From: an uncultured Candidatus Saccharibacteria bacterium
GTDB lineage: Bacteria > Patescibacteriota > Minisyncoccia > Phycocordibacterales > CSBR16-119
DNA: 64,000 nt
Reading direction: 5' to 3'
Assembly: GCA_964531475.1 (NCBI GenBank)
Contig: CAZHCS010000001.1
Coordinates: 112,739-176,738, forward strand
The position numbers were made by a program, and so were the translations under genes. Numbering within the stretch: the first letter of the stretch is position 1; the number at the start of each line of letters is the position of its first letter. The notes under the pieces were generated by a model. It did no database searches and was not told the DNA's origin. It saw only the letters and a list, made by a program, of their open reading frames with translations. Shown in pieces: positions 36,686 through 46,787 of the stretch.

Positions 36686-36714
36686 TTGACAGCTAAAAAA
36701 TATGGTTGTACTAT
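36686..36714 (+). promoter_or_regulatory. Promoter TTGACA-17-TACTAT
   Basis: It drives the small ORF at 36732. Confidence 0.45.
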
Positions 36715-36731
36715 AGAGCAAAACCTACCCC

Positions 36732-36929
36732 ATGCGCATGGAATACACGGTTGTTGACCCTAGAACGGGGCATGCTACTGTTCATTACTTCGACAATGCA
36801 CAAGGCCCCAGTCTTGTGCTGGATCAAAAAGCGAGTGAGAACCTAACTAGCTTCACTAGTAGGCTCGCACAAGCAAAAGCAGCATCGGAGCAACAGCTCC
36901 GAAAAGCTAGCCAGGCCAACGCCTCATGA
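36732..36929 (+). CDS. Small hypothetical protein (65 aa)
   Basis: Consensus-like promoter upstream and a very strong terminator downstream. No motif recognised. Confidence 0.4.
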   Translation: MRMEYTVVDPRTGHATVHYFDNAQGPSLVLDQKASENLTSFTSRLAQAKAASEQQLRKASQANAS

Positions 36930-36957
36930 AAAGGCCCCCGCATCGCGGGGGCCTTTT
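36929..36957. terminator. Bidirectional terminator
   Basis: aaaggcccccg-catc-gcgggggccttttt. Confidence 0.7.
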
Positions 36958-36965
36958 TGTTTCTC

Positions 36966-38426
36966 TTAATTGTCCGTTTTTGGCTTCATCAACGGAAACA
37001 ACTGCGTCTCACGTATAGGCTTGTCGACAAGGAATGCAAACAATCGCTCACCGAAGCCAAACCCGCACGTCGGAGGCATCCCGTGCTCAAGCATTTCGAC
37101 AAATTCCCATTCAGGCATCATTGCTTCATCGTCTCCACGAGCAATCAATTTCTCCTGAAGTTCAAATCGCTCTCGTTGATCAATCGGATCATTGAGCTCT
37201 GAGAAACCATTGCCGAGCTCGGAGCCAGCCAATATAACCTGGAAGCGTTCAGTTAGTTCAGGGTTAGCGGGAAGAGACTTTGAAAGTGGTGAGACAAGCT
37301 TTGGATGATTGATTAGGAACGCTGGTCCACCAATCTTCTTTCTGCAGTATTTCCAAAGCGTATCCATTAGACGTTCTCTGTTGTCACCTTCGAATACGAC
37401 TCCGAGCTCTTCGAGCTTTGCCTTCATGTCTTTTTCTGTAGCCTCAAGAACATTCACGCCCGTGACTTCTTCAATCTTTGAAACATAATCTATAGTTTCC
37501 CACTCTTCGGCCAAATCAAATGAGTGGCCGCGCGTAGAGAACTTTGTTGTACCGAACGTTTCCATGGCGATATAACGATACAAATCCTGTACAAGCTTCA
37601 TACCTTCGCGATAATCGGCGTATGACCAATAGAATTCCATGTTGGTGAATTCCTGTAAATGCTCGGGACTGCTGCCCTCGTTTCTATATACCCTTCCTAT
37701 TTCGAAAGTCTTGGGAAAACCAGCCGCCATCAAACGCTTCTGCCACAACTCACCAACCGAAATACGCATGAATACATCGATATCAAAATCGTTATGATGC
37801 GTCTTGAACGGACGTGCCTCTGCGCCGCCAGTCGTGACTTCGAGCGTCGGGGTTTCTACTTCCAAAAATCCTTCGCGCTTTAAAAAGTTTCGCGTGGCTT
37901 CCCAAAATTTAGCCTTTTTATAGAAAATCTCTCGAGCTTCGTTATCGAGCAACAAATCAAGATAACGCTTGCGAAGACGTGTTTCGTCGTCCTGAATACC
38001 AGCCCATTTTTCCGGCATTGGCAAAAGAGTTTTTGTGAGCATTTTCCAGTCTTTGACGAGCAAACTTTCTTCACCTTTTTGCGTCACAAAAAGCGTGCCC
38101 GAAACTTGCACAAAATCACCGACGTCAACGGCGTCAGTAAATAGCTTGAATACGTCGGCCGCGAGCTCGTCCTTTTTCATGACAGCCTGAAAAGTACCTG
38201 TGCCGTCATTTAGGACCACGAAAAGTATCGCGCCTTGGCCACGAATAGCCATAATGCGCCCAACAAGCGAGAGAGTTCTTTCTTCGCCTGAAAGCGCCGC
38301 AAAACCATGCTTGGCTTCAGCCAAAGACATGTCGCGTTTTGTCGCAGCAGGATATGGATCCATGCCTGCGTCCTTTAAGAGCGCGAGCTTCTTTAAACGC
38401 ACGGATTGTATCTCTTCCAAAGACAT
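36966..38426 (-). CDS. lysS: Lysine--tRNA ligase (class II)
   Basis: 486 aa with class II motifs (FEIGRVYRNEG; GGPAFL...GFGFGERL). Confidence 0.9.
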   Translation of the reverse strand: MSLEEIQSVRLKKLALLKDAGMDPYPAATKRDMSLAEAKHGFAALSGEERTLSLVGRIMAIRGQGAILFVVLNDGTGTFQAVMKKDELAADVFKLFTDAVDVGDFVQVSGTLFVTQKGEESLLVKDWKMLTKTLLPMPEKWAGIQDDETRLRKRYLDLLLDNEAREIFYKKAKFWEATRNFLKREGFLEVETPTLEVTTGGAEARPFKTHHNDFDIDVFMRISVGELWQKRLMAAGFPKTFEIGRVYRNEGSSPEHLQEFTNMEFYWSYADYREGMKLVQDLYRYIAMETFGTTKFSTRGHSFDLAEEWETIDYVSKIEEVTGVNVLEATEKDMKAKLEELGVVFEGDNRERLMDTLWKYCRKKIGGPAFLINHPKLVSPLSKSLPANPELTERFQVILAGSELGNGFSELNDPIDQRERFELQEKLIARGDDEAMMPEWEFVEMLEHGMPPTCGFGFGERLFAFLVDKPIRETQLFPLMKPKTDN

Positions 38427-38430
38427 ATGT

Positions 38431-38895
38431 TTATTCTACGTCCAAAATCGAATATTCGACAACGCCTGCAGGGCCTTCGAATAGAGCCTTTTCGCCTTTC
38501 TTCTTGCCGAACAATGCCGAACCAAGCGGCGACTGATACGAAATCTTACCCGCGGCCATGTCAGCCTCGCCTTCACCAACAATGATGAATTCTTTTTTAG
38601 TCTTCTCGCCTTTTTTCTGGACGACGACGTTTGACCCGACTTCGATGCGATCGCCTTTTCGGTGCGAAACAACTTCGGCGGTTTTCAATATACGTTTGAT
38701 ATCAGATACTCTGTCTTCGAGTTTGCCCTGAGCTTCGCGAGCCTGGTGATATTCGGCATTTTCAGAAAGGTCGCCAAGGGATTTGGCGAACTCTAGTGCT
38801 TCAATTATTTCTTTGCGCTCGATCGATTCCAACCGGTGGAGCTCGGCCTCGAGCTCGGCCTTGCGCTCTTTGGTTATCAGTTCTTTGTTGATCAT
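38431..38895 (-). CDS. greA: Transcription elongation factor GreA
   Basis: Start at MINKELITKERKAELEAEL (the track's longer N-terminus overlaps a hairpin). It has a coiled-coil plus an FKBP-like C-terminal domain. Confidence 0.8.
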   Translation of the reverse strand: MINKELITKERKAELEAELHRLESIERKEIIEALEFAKSLGDLSENAEYHQAREAQGKLEDRVSDIKRILKTAEVVSHRKGDRIEVGSNVVVQKKGEKTKKEFIIVGEGEADMAAGKISYQSPLGSALFGKKKGEKALFEGPAGVVEYSILDVE

Positions 38896-38986
38896 GATGA
38901 GCCTAATTCTACCTTTTTTTGTCTTTGAGTCAACCGAAAGGCCCGCCAAGTGGCGGGCCTTTGGAATGAGCAGAGGAACGAGCGGC

Positions 38987-40009
38987 TTATGAGGGCAATA
39001 ATTCTTGCCACCACGGAGCCACGGTGCGAAACGGCTGGACAAACCAACGCAGCGGCTTTATGCCCTGGGTCGTCAGGTTGAAGTGTGCGACCGCGCGAGC
39101 GACCAAGAGTCGCACAGGTATCGTAAAGATTCCAGCAACTAATGCGTTCACGCATGCGGCCATGACGGTCTGCGGCTTGCTCGCAGCATCGGTGGGCCAA
39201 AGCCACGCCGACAGGAAGACAACAGTGGTCGCAACTAGAGCAGGTAAACCGTATCCTCGCGAAGTAGCGGCGAGTAGCGAGAGCTTGTACGCCATCGTCA
39301 AGACGAAATATATCGTCCCCCAGACGACAGATACAACACCCGCAAGAGTGTAGATAACACCTCTAAAGATCGCCCAAACAATCACGATTCCGAACAGTAA
39401 GGCAACAACAAGAGGTCCCCATATCACTGCAGAAAAGACCAGGCCGAACCTTGTGAGCCAGTCATAAAGTTCAGACTTCCAAAAATCATCCATGGATCTG
39501 AGGGCGAACGCGATGCAGAGGTGAACGGACGCCGCGATGACGGTAAGCCCCACTATATCGCGCTCGCTAACGGAAACAAGTTTCTGGAATTCTTGAAAGC
39601 CCCCTATCCAGTATTCGACAATACCGACATACAGAGCGGTCCACGCAAGTCCGAAGCCAAGAATGACTGCAGAATTAACCAGGAGCTCTTGTCGCGTCTT
39701 TTTACTCAAGGTAAAAATCTCCTGCAAGCGGACATATGCTGGGTTTTTACTCCAGCTGTCCGAGACCGCTCGCAGCTGCAACCGTATGTACTGAAGTACT
39801 GAAACGTTTTCACGCTTCGCTTCAGATGCCGTTTTTCGGACACCTGAAATGATCGAAGGGGCGTGGTAGCCCACGAAAGCTCCGATAAATGTCCCGAGGA
39901 TCGAATAGATCCAAGAAATGTCTCCGAGCGCGCTGTAAAGCGTGAACGTCCCGACGAATGCGCCGAGTGCTGCGGCCCGTATTGAGGGCCACGTTTCTTT
40001 TGTTCCCAT
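38987..40009 (-). CDS. Polytopic membrane protein
   Basis: 340 aa, about 8 TM segments. No SEDS (RodA/FtsW) motifs recognised. Confidence 0.5.
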   Translation of the reverse strand: MGTKETWPSIRAAALGAFVGTFTLYSALGDISWIYSILGTFIGAFVGYHAPSIISGVRKTASEAKRENVSVLQYIRLQLRAVSDSWSKNPAYVRLQEIFTLSKKTRQELLVNSAVILGFGLAWTALYVGIVEYWIGGFQEFQKLVSVSERDIVGLTVIAASVHLCIAFALRSMDDFWKSELYDWLTRFGLVFSAVIWGPLVVALLFGIVIVWAIFRGVIYTLAGVVSVVWGTIYFVLTMAYKLSLLAATSRGYGLPALVATTVVFLSAWLWPTDAASKPQTVMAACVNALVAGIFTIPVRLLVARAVAHFNLTTQGIKPLRWFVQPFRTVAPWWQELLPS

Positions 40010-40060
40010 GGAAAAGATCGTTTTGGTTTGGCTACAAAATACTCTTTATGTATGATTTTG

Positions 40061-41833
40061 TCAAGAACTTGCTTCGATATTCTCCTCTACCTTAATTGGT
40101 ATTACCGCCTCTGATTCAACAGGCACGATGGGCTCCCCACCAAAGTATTCCGGAGCACTCTGATTTATGGCATCAAAAAATCCTCGGGCCGCGAACGAGG
40201 CGCTTCTGGTCGCCTCCGACGGGCCTCGTTCCATAAGCACAACGAACGCATATTTCGGCTCCTCGTACGGGAAGAATCCAACCACCCATGAGTTGATGTA
40301 TTGATTGTCACGCCCCGTCTGCGCGGAACCTGTCTTGGCGGCGATATCTATATAACCGACATTCAAGACTTGTCCTGTACCACTGGTCACGACTTCCCGC
40401 ATGCCTTCGCGAACAAGCTCGTAGTCTGACAAGTCAAAATGCTCGGCGACAGTAGCGGCTGATGGCGAAATATCAATTGCGACATGCGGAACCAAAAGCG
40501 TACCACCGTTACCTATCGCTGCAATACCACGCAGCATTTCAATTGGTGTCGCCTGAAAACCGTACTGACCGATGGACGTGTTGTAGGTGTCACCCAAACG
40601 CCAAACCCCGTCTTCAAAAGTTTTCTTTTTCCAATCAGGGCCAGGAACAACACCTCGTGTCTCGCTCAAAATATCAACACCGGTTGGTTGATCGATGGCG
40701 AACAATTTTACGTATTTCTCGATGCGCGAAATACCTAGACCCTCCTGATCCTCATACCCGCCTCCGATGGCATAAAAAAATGTATTTACAGATTCGGCAA
40801 TAGCCTTTGTGACGTCAGCATAGCCGTGGCCACCCTCTTTCCAATCACGAAAAACAGTAAACAGCTCTTTGTTATAAGGATTAGGGACACGAATCTCACC
40901 AGAACTGTAAATATGCGTCGTCGCGTTTATGAGTCCCTCGTGCAGAGCTCCAAGCGCAACAAAAGGCTTTATAGTCGAACCAGGAGAATACAATCCCCCA
41001 ACAAGACGATTCAAAAATGGCTTTTTAGGATCGCTAATAAAACCGTTGATGAGCTCTCGGTTGTCACCTTCGGACAACACTTTAGAGTCGTATTCTGGAT
41101 AACTAGTCGCAACAATAAGCTCGCCCGTTTTTATATCCATCATTGCCCCAGCTCCACCAACATATCCTATCTCTTCGGCAAGCGTCTTTATGGACGTGAA
41201 CATGCTAGTTTGCAAACGCGAATCAATCGACAGCTTTAGATTGGCTCCATGATCAGGTTCATTGACAATATTTTGCGAAATAATTTCGCCCATTACGTTT
41301 TCTTCGACAAGTTTCGAACCATTGATACCGTTTAATGTATCATCATAACGCTTTTCGATACCGTCGAGTCCTTCGAAATAAGTCTTCCAATAAAAACCTT
41401 TTTTATCTTTTTGCGGATAAGCGATATAACCGAGCAACAAACTATGTCCCGGCGAAGTAATATATGTTCTATGCGAGAAATCAAATTCGGCCATATCCTC
41501 TGTGCGCTCATTCCAGGCAAGCTCGACACCATTTCTATCAAAAATAACTCCACGATCAGCAAAAATAATCTCTCCGTCGAGACTGTTACGCTCTGACAAA
41601 TCAAAATATGTCTCGCCCTCTTTTAGTTGCAAAGCGTGCAGCCTAACAGCAAACACCACAAGAGCAAGTACGAAAAAAGAGGCCAGGGTCACAAGCGCGC
41701 TTTTCCTAATAGGATGTTCAATACGACCCTCGAACTGCTGTGTATCAAAGGCTTGGATATTTTTCGAGTCCATCAAGATCTCGTCAAAATCTATTCCCGT
41801 ATTGTGTAAATTTCGGCGGCGTTTCCAGAACAT
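40061..41833 (-). CDS. mrdA: Penicillin-binding protein 2-type transpeptidase
   Basis: N-terminal TM segment, and SxxK (STIKP), SxN (SVN) and KTG (KTGSAQ) motifs. Confidence 0.85.
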   Translation of the reverse strand: MFWKRRRNLHNTGIDFDEILMDSKNIQAFDTQQFEGRIEHPIRKSALVTLASFFVLALVVFAVRLHALQLKEGETYFDLSERNSLDGEIIFADRGVIFDRNGVELAWNERTEDMAEFDFSHRTYITSPGHSLLLGYIAYPQKDKKGFYWKTYFEGLDGIEKRYDDTLNGINGSKLVEENVMGEIISQNIVNEPDHGANLKLSIDSRLQTSMFTSIKTLAEEIGYVGGAGAMMDIKTGELIVATSYPEYDSKVLSEGDNRELINGFISDPKKPFLNRLVGGLYSPGSTIKPFVALGALHEGLINATTHIYSSGEIRVPNPYNKELFTVFRDWKEGGHGYADVTKAIAESVNTFFYAIGGGYEDQEGLGISRIEKYVKLFAIDQPTGVDILSETRGVVPGPDWKKKTFEDGVWRLGDTYNTSIGQYGFQATPIEMLRGIAAIGNGGTLLVPHVAIDISPSAATVAEHFDLSDYELVREGMREVVTSGTGQVLNVGYIDIAAKTGSAQTGRDNQYINSWVVGFFPYEEPKYAFVVLMERGPSEATRSASFAARGFFDAINQSAPEYFGGEPIVPVESEAVIPIKVEENIEASS

Positions 41834-41836
41834 ATT

Positions 41837-42118
41837 TTATTTACCGAAATGAAAAAGTCTTTCCCGCAAAAAACGTGCTGCAAAAAACACAGCGATTGCT
41901 CCCACAGAAATAACTCCAGAAAATGGCATAAGATCGACGCCTTCTAGAGCATACAATGCGTCCATAAATATCATAATTATGAGCCCGGCCGTAAAACGAC
42001 GAAAAAAGAAGCATCCCGCTACGAAGATAACGCAAGAAACTAGAAACGGCCACCACAACGCCGAAACGGCGAGTAGTATCGTGTAGAGCCAAAAATATGT
42101 CCGACTAGTTTGCTCCAT
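41837..42118 (-). CDS. Small membrane protein (MreD-like position)
   Basis: About 93 aa from MEQTSRTYF, with 3 TM segments, directly upstream of mrdA. Confidence 0.4.
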   Translation of the reverse strand: MEQTSRTYFWLYTILLAVSALWWPFLVSCVIFVAGCFFFRRFTAGLIIMIFMDALYALEGVDLMPFSGVISVGAIAVFFAARFLRERLFHFGK

Positions 42119-42156
42119 AACGCCATTATAACGGCCAGAGCAAAACAATCAACGCC

Positions 42157-42597
42157 TTAATCTGGATGCCTTCCAAAGAGAGAAAAAAGCTTGCCAAGAA
42201 CGCGCCTTACTATTGACAGCGCCACTATTACAATGACTGCGTAAAAAACCGTCTTTACCGAGAAGAAAAATATAAGGACCGACAGGAGAACCAGGTGCAA
42301 GAACGACATTATCTTGGTTGCAGGCTTGCTATCATCTTTTGATTCGATGCGTTCATTTGCAACCTTATCGATCGTCGCGGAATATTTTTCGGCACGATCA
42401 CCACGCCAATCTTCAATAGAAGCGGCAAACGAAACAACCGAGGCATCTATTTTGCCGACAAATGTCGACTCTTCGAACGAAAGTCGAGTGAAAAAATTAC
42501 CGGAAGTCTTTTCATTCTTTTCATTTTCTTGCGCCAGGGCAACCGATCCAGGAGTCAACGCAAACACTATTAGTAGGCACAGTAACTTGAGCTTCAT
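42157..42597 (-). CDS. Hypothetical secreted/membrane protein
   Basis: Signal peptide and a C-terminal TM segment. Confidence 0.45.
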   Translation of the reverse strand: MKLKLLCLLIVFALTPGSVALAQENEKNEKTSGNFFTRLSFEESTFVGKIDASVVSFAASIEDWRGDRAEKYSATIDKVANERIESKDDSKPATKIMSFLHLVLLSVLIFFFSVKTVFYAVIVIVALSIVRRVLGKLFSLFGRHPD

Positions 42598-42600
42598 AGA

Positions 42601-43065
42601 CTATTTTATAGGATCGTTTTCGCTGATGAAGTTGTCGATATCAAGAGTAAATGTGCCGATGATACCATTGACGTCGACCGTGTAAGTACCCTTTGGCAAA
42701 CCAACAACGCCGGAAAGGCGGATTGTCTTTTCAAACGGAACCAATGCCTGCGTGCAGTTTTCGGCATCAAGCGGTCGCTTGGACTTAACAGTTACCATAA
42801 ATGTCTTTTCGGCATAATTCTGCGTGATATCACCGACAAGCGTACAGCCATCAGGAGTATAGCCTCGGGCCCTCACGCTAACCTCTACAGGAAACGATTC
42901 GAGCATCATAATATCGATATCTTCGACAACTGCTTCCCCAATAACAACATTTTCATCCGACAAGTCTTTGTCTTTGGCACGAGTTATCAACACGATTCCG
43001 ATTACCACCACCGCTATCGCGAACAGAACCCACATTAGCGTCTTGAATGTATTATTAGTTTCCAT
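42601..43065 (-). CDS. Membrane-anchored hypothetical protein
   Basis: Start taken at METNNTFKTLMWVLF, a TM segment. Confidence 0.45.
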   Translation of the reverse strand: METNNTFKTLMWVLFAIAVVVIGIVLITRAKDKDLSDENVVIGEAVVEDIDIMMLESFPVEVSVRARGYTPDGCTLVGDITQNYAEKTFMVTVKSKRPLDAENCTQALVPFEKTIRLSGVVGLPKGTYTVDVNGIIGTFTLDIDNFISENDPIK

Positions 43066-43150
43066 GGTTTTTTTCTTTAATGGTAATACAAATAGTATAT
43101 CACAATTCACGATGCGTATTATTTGTTCCTTGGTATAATATATTTCATCA

Positions 43151-43834
43151 ATGCCTGAGACGGATATCATCGCAAATTCGTTGGGAGGCCTCTCGTACGG
43201 AGGCATGTTTATACTCGCGTTCCTGTCAAACATGTTTATCCCAGTTCCTGAAGAAATAATCTTGCTAGTCATTGGTTATCTGACTGGCATCGGCGCTTTC
43301 ATGTACCCCATCATAATGGCCATCTTCATATTGGGAATGCTGCTATCGGACTACATGGTCTACTCACTTGCCTTTCATGGCAGCAAGCTAGTCAAAAGTC
43401 TCCAAGCCAAGATGGAAAAGCGCGGTCTCTTGAAGAGCAAAACATACGTCAAAAGGCACATGAAGAAAATAATTTTCTTCTCTCGATTCCTCGTATATCT
43501 ACGATTTATTGGACCAGTCGTAGCCGGGTCAAACCGTGTCCCACGAAAACTTTTCCTCACTTACGATTTTCTCGCGCTCGTAATCTACGTCAATATATTT
43601 CTTGGACTTGGAAACTATTTCCACAAACAGATTCAGGGTATCTCTGAAGGTGTGGCGCAATTTTCGCACTATTTCATAACTATAGTTATCGTCATAGCAA
43701 CAATCGTAGTGTTGCGATTCATTCAAAAGAATTTTATCAAGTGGATGCGCATGATTGGCGATTACATGCCAACTATCATCCCAGGCCTCGAAATGAAAGA
43801 ACCTGAAGAACCGACAAAGAAAAAGAGGAACTAG
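43151..43834 (+). CDS. DedA/VTT-family membrane protein
   Basis: DedA-like pattern ...IPVPEEIILLVIGYL... Confidence 0.7.
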   Translation: MPETDIIANSLGGLSYGGMFILAFLSNMFIPVPEEIILLVIGYLTGIGAFMYPIIMAIFILGMLLSDYMVYSLAFHGSKLVKSLQAKMEKRGLLKSKTYVKRHMKKIIFFSRFLVYLRFIGPVVAGSNRVPRKLFLTYDFLALVIYVNIFLGLGNYFHKQIQGISEGVAQFSHYFITIVIVIATIVVLRFIQKNFIKWMRMIGDYMPTIIPGLEMKEPEEPTKKKRN

Positions 43835-44532
43835 AGGCTCTTCTCTATACCCGCATAATTCAAAAATCCAAAAAGCTCGTACGCCCATGTGGTGATACGG
43901 CTAAAGTCGTCGACGAGAAGCAAGACGCCGATGAAGATGAGTATAAGTCCGGCGATTATAGAAAAGATTTTTGATGAGCCGAGACGCACGCGCTTTCCCT
44001 TTTTCATAAAATACGCAATGAGAAGAAACGGCAAGATAAACCCGAGTGCGAAAAATAAAAACAAGTAGAGTGCTTTCGCAACGCTCGTTGCAAATGCTGC
44101 ATAGAAAAATATCCCTGCCAGAATAGGCCCGACACACGGACTCCAACCGAGCGCGATCGAGACGCCGAAGATAAATGCAGAAAACCTCCCCCTAAATATT
44201 TCACGGAGATCCGCTCCAAACAATTGCCCGCGAAAGAATGGTAGATGAAAAACCCCGAGCATCGAAACCCCAAGCACGATGACAAATATCGCACCGATGG
44301 TCTGCAAGACCTGTTTCGCCGGTGCGAGAACATGACCGAGTAGTCCGGCCAATATTCCAAAGATAAGAAATGTCGCCAGGAACCCCGCGCAGAACAAAAG
44401 CGCACTCTTCATCATTCGTTCGCGTTCGCCATGAGACAAATATGCCACAAACCCCGGCACAAGCGGCAAAGTACACGGCGCCAAAAACATGACGATTCCG
44501 GCAATGAAGGCGGTGAGAATATTAATATCCAT
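43831..44532 (-). CDS. ccdA: Cytochrome c-type biogenesis / thiol-disulfide transporter CcdA (DsbD family)
   Basis: 6 TM segments and conserved Cys motifs (LAPCTLPLVPG; WSPCVGPIL). Confidence 0.75.
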   Translation of the reverse strand: MDINILTAFIAGIVMFLAPCTLPLVPGFVAYLSHGERERMMKSALLFCAGFLATFLIFGILAGLLGHVLAPAKQVLQTIGAIFVIVLGVSMLGVFHLPFFRGQLFGADLREIFRGRFSAFIFGVSIALGWSPCVGPILAGIFFYAAFATSVAKALYLFLFFALGFILPFLLIAYFMKKGKRVRLGSSKIFSIIAGLILIFIGVLLLVDDFSRITTWAYELFGFLNYAGIEKSL

Positions 44533-44635
44533 ATAAAAAGTATAGCAAAAAATCCCTTTCTCTTCTGGCGAACTGATTTAGCCGCGCAGCCCCTCTTCCC
44601 TCGCCACCTTCCCACCCTCTAGACAAAAGATCCTC

Positions 44636-44664
44636 CAATATTCAAGGTCGAACCTTGAATATTG
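44636..44664. repeat. REP palindrome, family 2
   Basis: CAATATTCAAGGTCGAACCTTGAATATTG, abutting the RAYT-2 stop codon. Confidence 0.65.
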
Positions 44665-44665
44665 A

Positions 44666-45280
44666 CTAATCTTCATCATCAAGCAACCCAAGCCTTTCAG
44701 CACCACTTAAGTACTTTATATATGGATCATAGTTATCACAGCTTGACCATTGAAAAGTCTTCAGGAATTTCTTCGTCTTTTCAAGCGAAATCACCCTTCC
44801 CCTTTCTCGCCAACCCTTTTCATACAGGTCTACCGGATTGAGAAGAAGGTATGTTTTCACCTGCTTATAATGCAGATCCGATGTTATAAATTTTGATTTA
44901 GTCTTACCTTGAAACAAGACACCGCTCCGTTGATGCCTCTTATTGAAATACATGGTATAGCTCGTCATCACGCGCTGCAAGAATTTTGAAATACCGCCAT
45001 CAACCTTTTGCTCAAGGATGAGATGGTAATGATTAGGCATGAGGCAATAGTCCAATATATCAACTAGCTGCTCGGCCTCCTTGCGCGGACCACGAGACTT
45101 TCCAGAAAGTCGTATGTCGAGATTCTTTTTCACGTTTCCCCGGATTCCTCTATTCAAATATTCGAGAATGAACAAGAACCTTTCGTAGTCATGTTTGTCC
45201 AGAAATGTTTTTCTCTTATCGGTCCCGCGATTATAAACGTGATATCTTTCACCAGTTATAAATGGTTCTCGAAATCCCAT
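44666..45280 (-). CDS. IS200-like Y1 transposase (RAYT-like), second paralog
   Basis: HUH motif CLMPNHYHLILEQ and the Tyr helix KTYLLLNPVDL. It is about 50% identical to the 15303 copy. Confidence 0.8.
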   Translation of the reverse strand: MGFREPFITGERYHVYNRGTDKRKTFLDKHDYERFLFILEYLNRGIRGNVKKNLDIRLSGKSRGPRKEAEQLVDILDYCLMPNHYHLILEQKVDGGISKFLQRVMTSYTMYFNKRHQRSGVLFQGKTKSKFITSDLHYKQVKTYLLLNPVDLYEKGWRERGRVISLEKTKKFLKTFQWSSCDNYDPYIKYLSGAERLGLLDDED

Positions 45281-45292
45281 CCGACCATTATA

Positions 45293-45327
45293 CCCCAGTA
45301 TCCAAGGTTCGACCTTGAATACTGGGG
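45293..45327. repeat. REP palindrome, family 2 (variant)
   Basis: CCCCAGTATCCAAGGTTCGACCTTGAATACTGGGG, 13 nt upstream of the RAYT-2 start. Confidence 0.65.
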
Positions 45328-45463
45328 ACTACGTGTTTGAAACGAAAAAGGCGCCCCGTGTGGAGCGCCTTCCCTTCGTTATTGAACGTATCACTTGAAC
45401 GAAGCAAGTATCTGCTTGATGCGATTACCCTCGCCATCATCGGGTACCAGTTCGATCAGTTGA

Positions 45464-45919
45464 TCAATGACTTGCATCCCAGGCCAGGCCCAGCACAGCA
45501 CTTAATTGATCCTGGATCTGCAAAAGACCTTTCTTTCCCAAACCCTTGAAATCACCTGTGCGGTAGTAGTGATGCATCGGTTTTGCAACCAGTTCGCCTA
45601 CCGTAAGATCCGGCTTCATTGTCAGAACTTTTCTGATACGAGGATCCAGATCGAGGTTGAGATCAGAAATCTTCTTCAAGAAGACGTCTTCTCCTTCACT
45701 GAACAACTTGACATCCGTGCACTTTCCATCCTTTTTCTCATCAAGGAATGGCCTAAGGTCTCGATCGATGTCGACGTAGTCCATGTCGAACATGACATCT
45801 ATACTAGCGCCTGACGACGTATAGCTTTTCGTCTCGCCACCTCGTATCAGTGTTGCAAAAAGCTTTTGAATCACCTGTTTATGAGAATAGGTGATCCTTA
45901 TGGTGAGCTTGTGTGCCAT
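45464..45919 (-). CDS. Hypothetical protein with RpoA-CTD-like helix-hairpin-helix C-terminus
   Basis: The C-terminus GELVAKPMHHYYRTGDFKGLGKKGLLQIQDQL resembles the RNAP alpha CTD. Start taken at MAHKLTI. Confidence 0.4.
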   Translation of the reverse strand: MAHKLTIRITYSHKQVIQKLFATLIRGGETKSYTSSGASIDVMFDMDYVDIDRDLRPFLDEKKDGKCTDVKLFSEGEDVFLKKISDLNLDLDPRIRKVLTMKPDLTVGELVAKPMHHYYRTGDFKGLGKKGLLQIQDQLSAVLGLAWDASH

Positions 45920-45980
45920 TTGTGTGGGTTCTGTTTGTTTAGAATAGATAGTAGCACATAATATATATAAAGTCAATACC

Positions 45981-46006
45981 AAAAAGCCCTTGAATAAAGG
46001 GCTTTT
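45981..46006. terminator. Bidirectional terminator
   Basis: aaaaagccctt-gaataa-agggcttttt. Confidence 0.6.
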
Positions 46007-46105
46007 TGCCGCTAAGCGAAGCTATAACATATTTTTTCCGAATCCCGAGGACTTAGTGCGAAGACACACTCCCGCAGGGTGAGGAAAAATATGTTTTGCG
46101 GAGCG

Positions 46106-46783
46106 CTACTTTAGTTTCTCTTCCCTCGTTACCCTCCCATCCTCTAGATAGACGATCCTATCGCAAAAGAGTGTATATTCCCTTTCGTGGGTGACCATGA
46201 CGATGGTCTGACCGCGCTTGTTGATATCGCGCATGACTTCGATAATGTGATTGCCCGATGCGGAATCTAGGTTCGCCGTCGGCTCGTCGGCAAACAGAAT
46301 CTTTGGTTCTAGTGCAAGTGCGCGAGCGATCGATACGCGCTGCTGCTCCCCGCCAGAGAGCTGGTTTGGGCGATTCTGCAGACGATGACCGAGCCCCACT
46401 TCTTCGAGGGATTTAATAGCCTTTGCGCGACACACTGAGTCGGAATAGCCGCGCATCATGAGCGGCACCATAACATTTTCGAGCGCATTGAGTTCCGGCA
46501 CGAGCGCGTAGTCCTGGAAAACGTAACCAAGCTGGTCGAGGCGAAACTTTGTCTTTTCCTTGTTCGAAAGCGCGCGGACGTCGATACCGTCTATGGTAAT
46601 CTCTCCGCCTGTCGGCTCGTCGAGCAGACTCATTTGATACATGAGAGTCGACTTGCCGGCGCCGGATTTGCCCATGATCGCCACAAACTCACCTGATTTG
46701 ACGGTGAGGTCGATGCCCTTCAAGACATGCGTCTCGACTTTTCCGTTTGCGAATATTTTGGTTATGTTTTTGACTTCGATCAT
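46106..46783 (-). CDS. ABC transporter ATP-binding protein (MacB/LolD-like)
   Basis: Walker [10 protein letters not shown] and the signature LSGGEQQR. Start at MIEVKNITK. Confidence 0.85.
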   Translation of the reverse strand: MIEVKNITKIFANGKVETHVLKGIDLTVKSGEFVAIMGKSGAGKSTLMYQMSLLDEPTGGEITIDGIDVRALSNKEKTKFRLDQLGYVFQDYALVPELNALENVMVPLMMRGYSDSVCRAKAIKSLEEVGLGHRLQNRPNQLSGGEQQRVSIARALALEPKILFADEPTANLDSASGNHIIEVMRDINKRGQTIVMVTHEREYTLFCDRIVYLEDGRVTREEKLK

Positions 46784-46787
46784 AAAT

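Larger units (their letters stand above)
44636..45327 (-). mobile_element. REP-RAYT-REP unit (family 2)
   Basis: A transposase gene flanked by 29-bp and 35-bp related palindromes. Confidence 0.6.
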
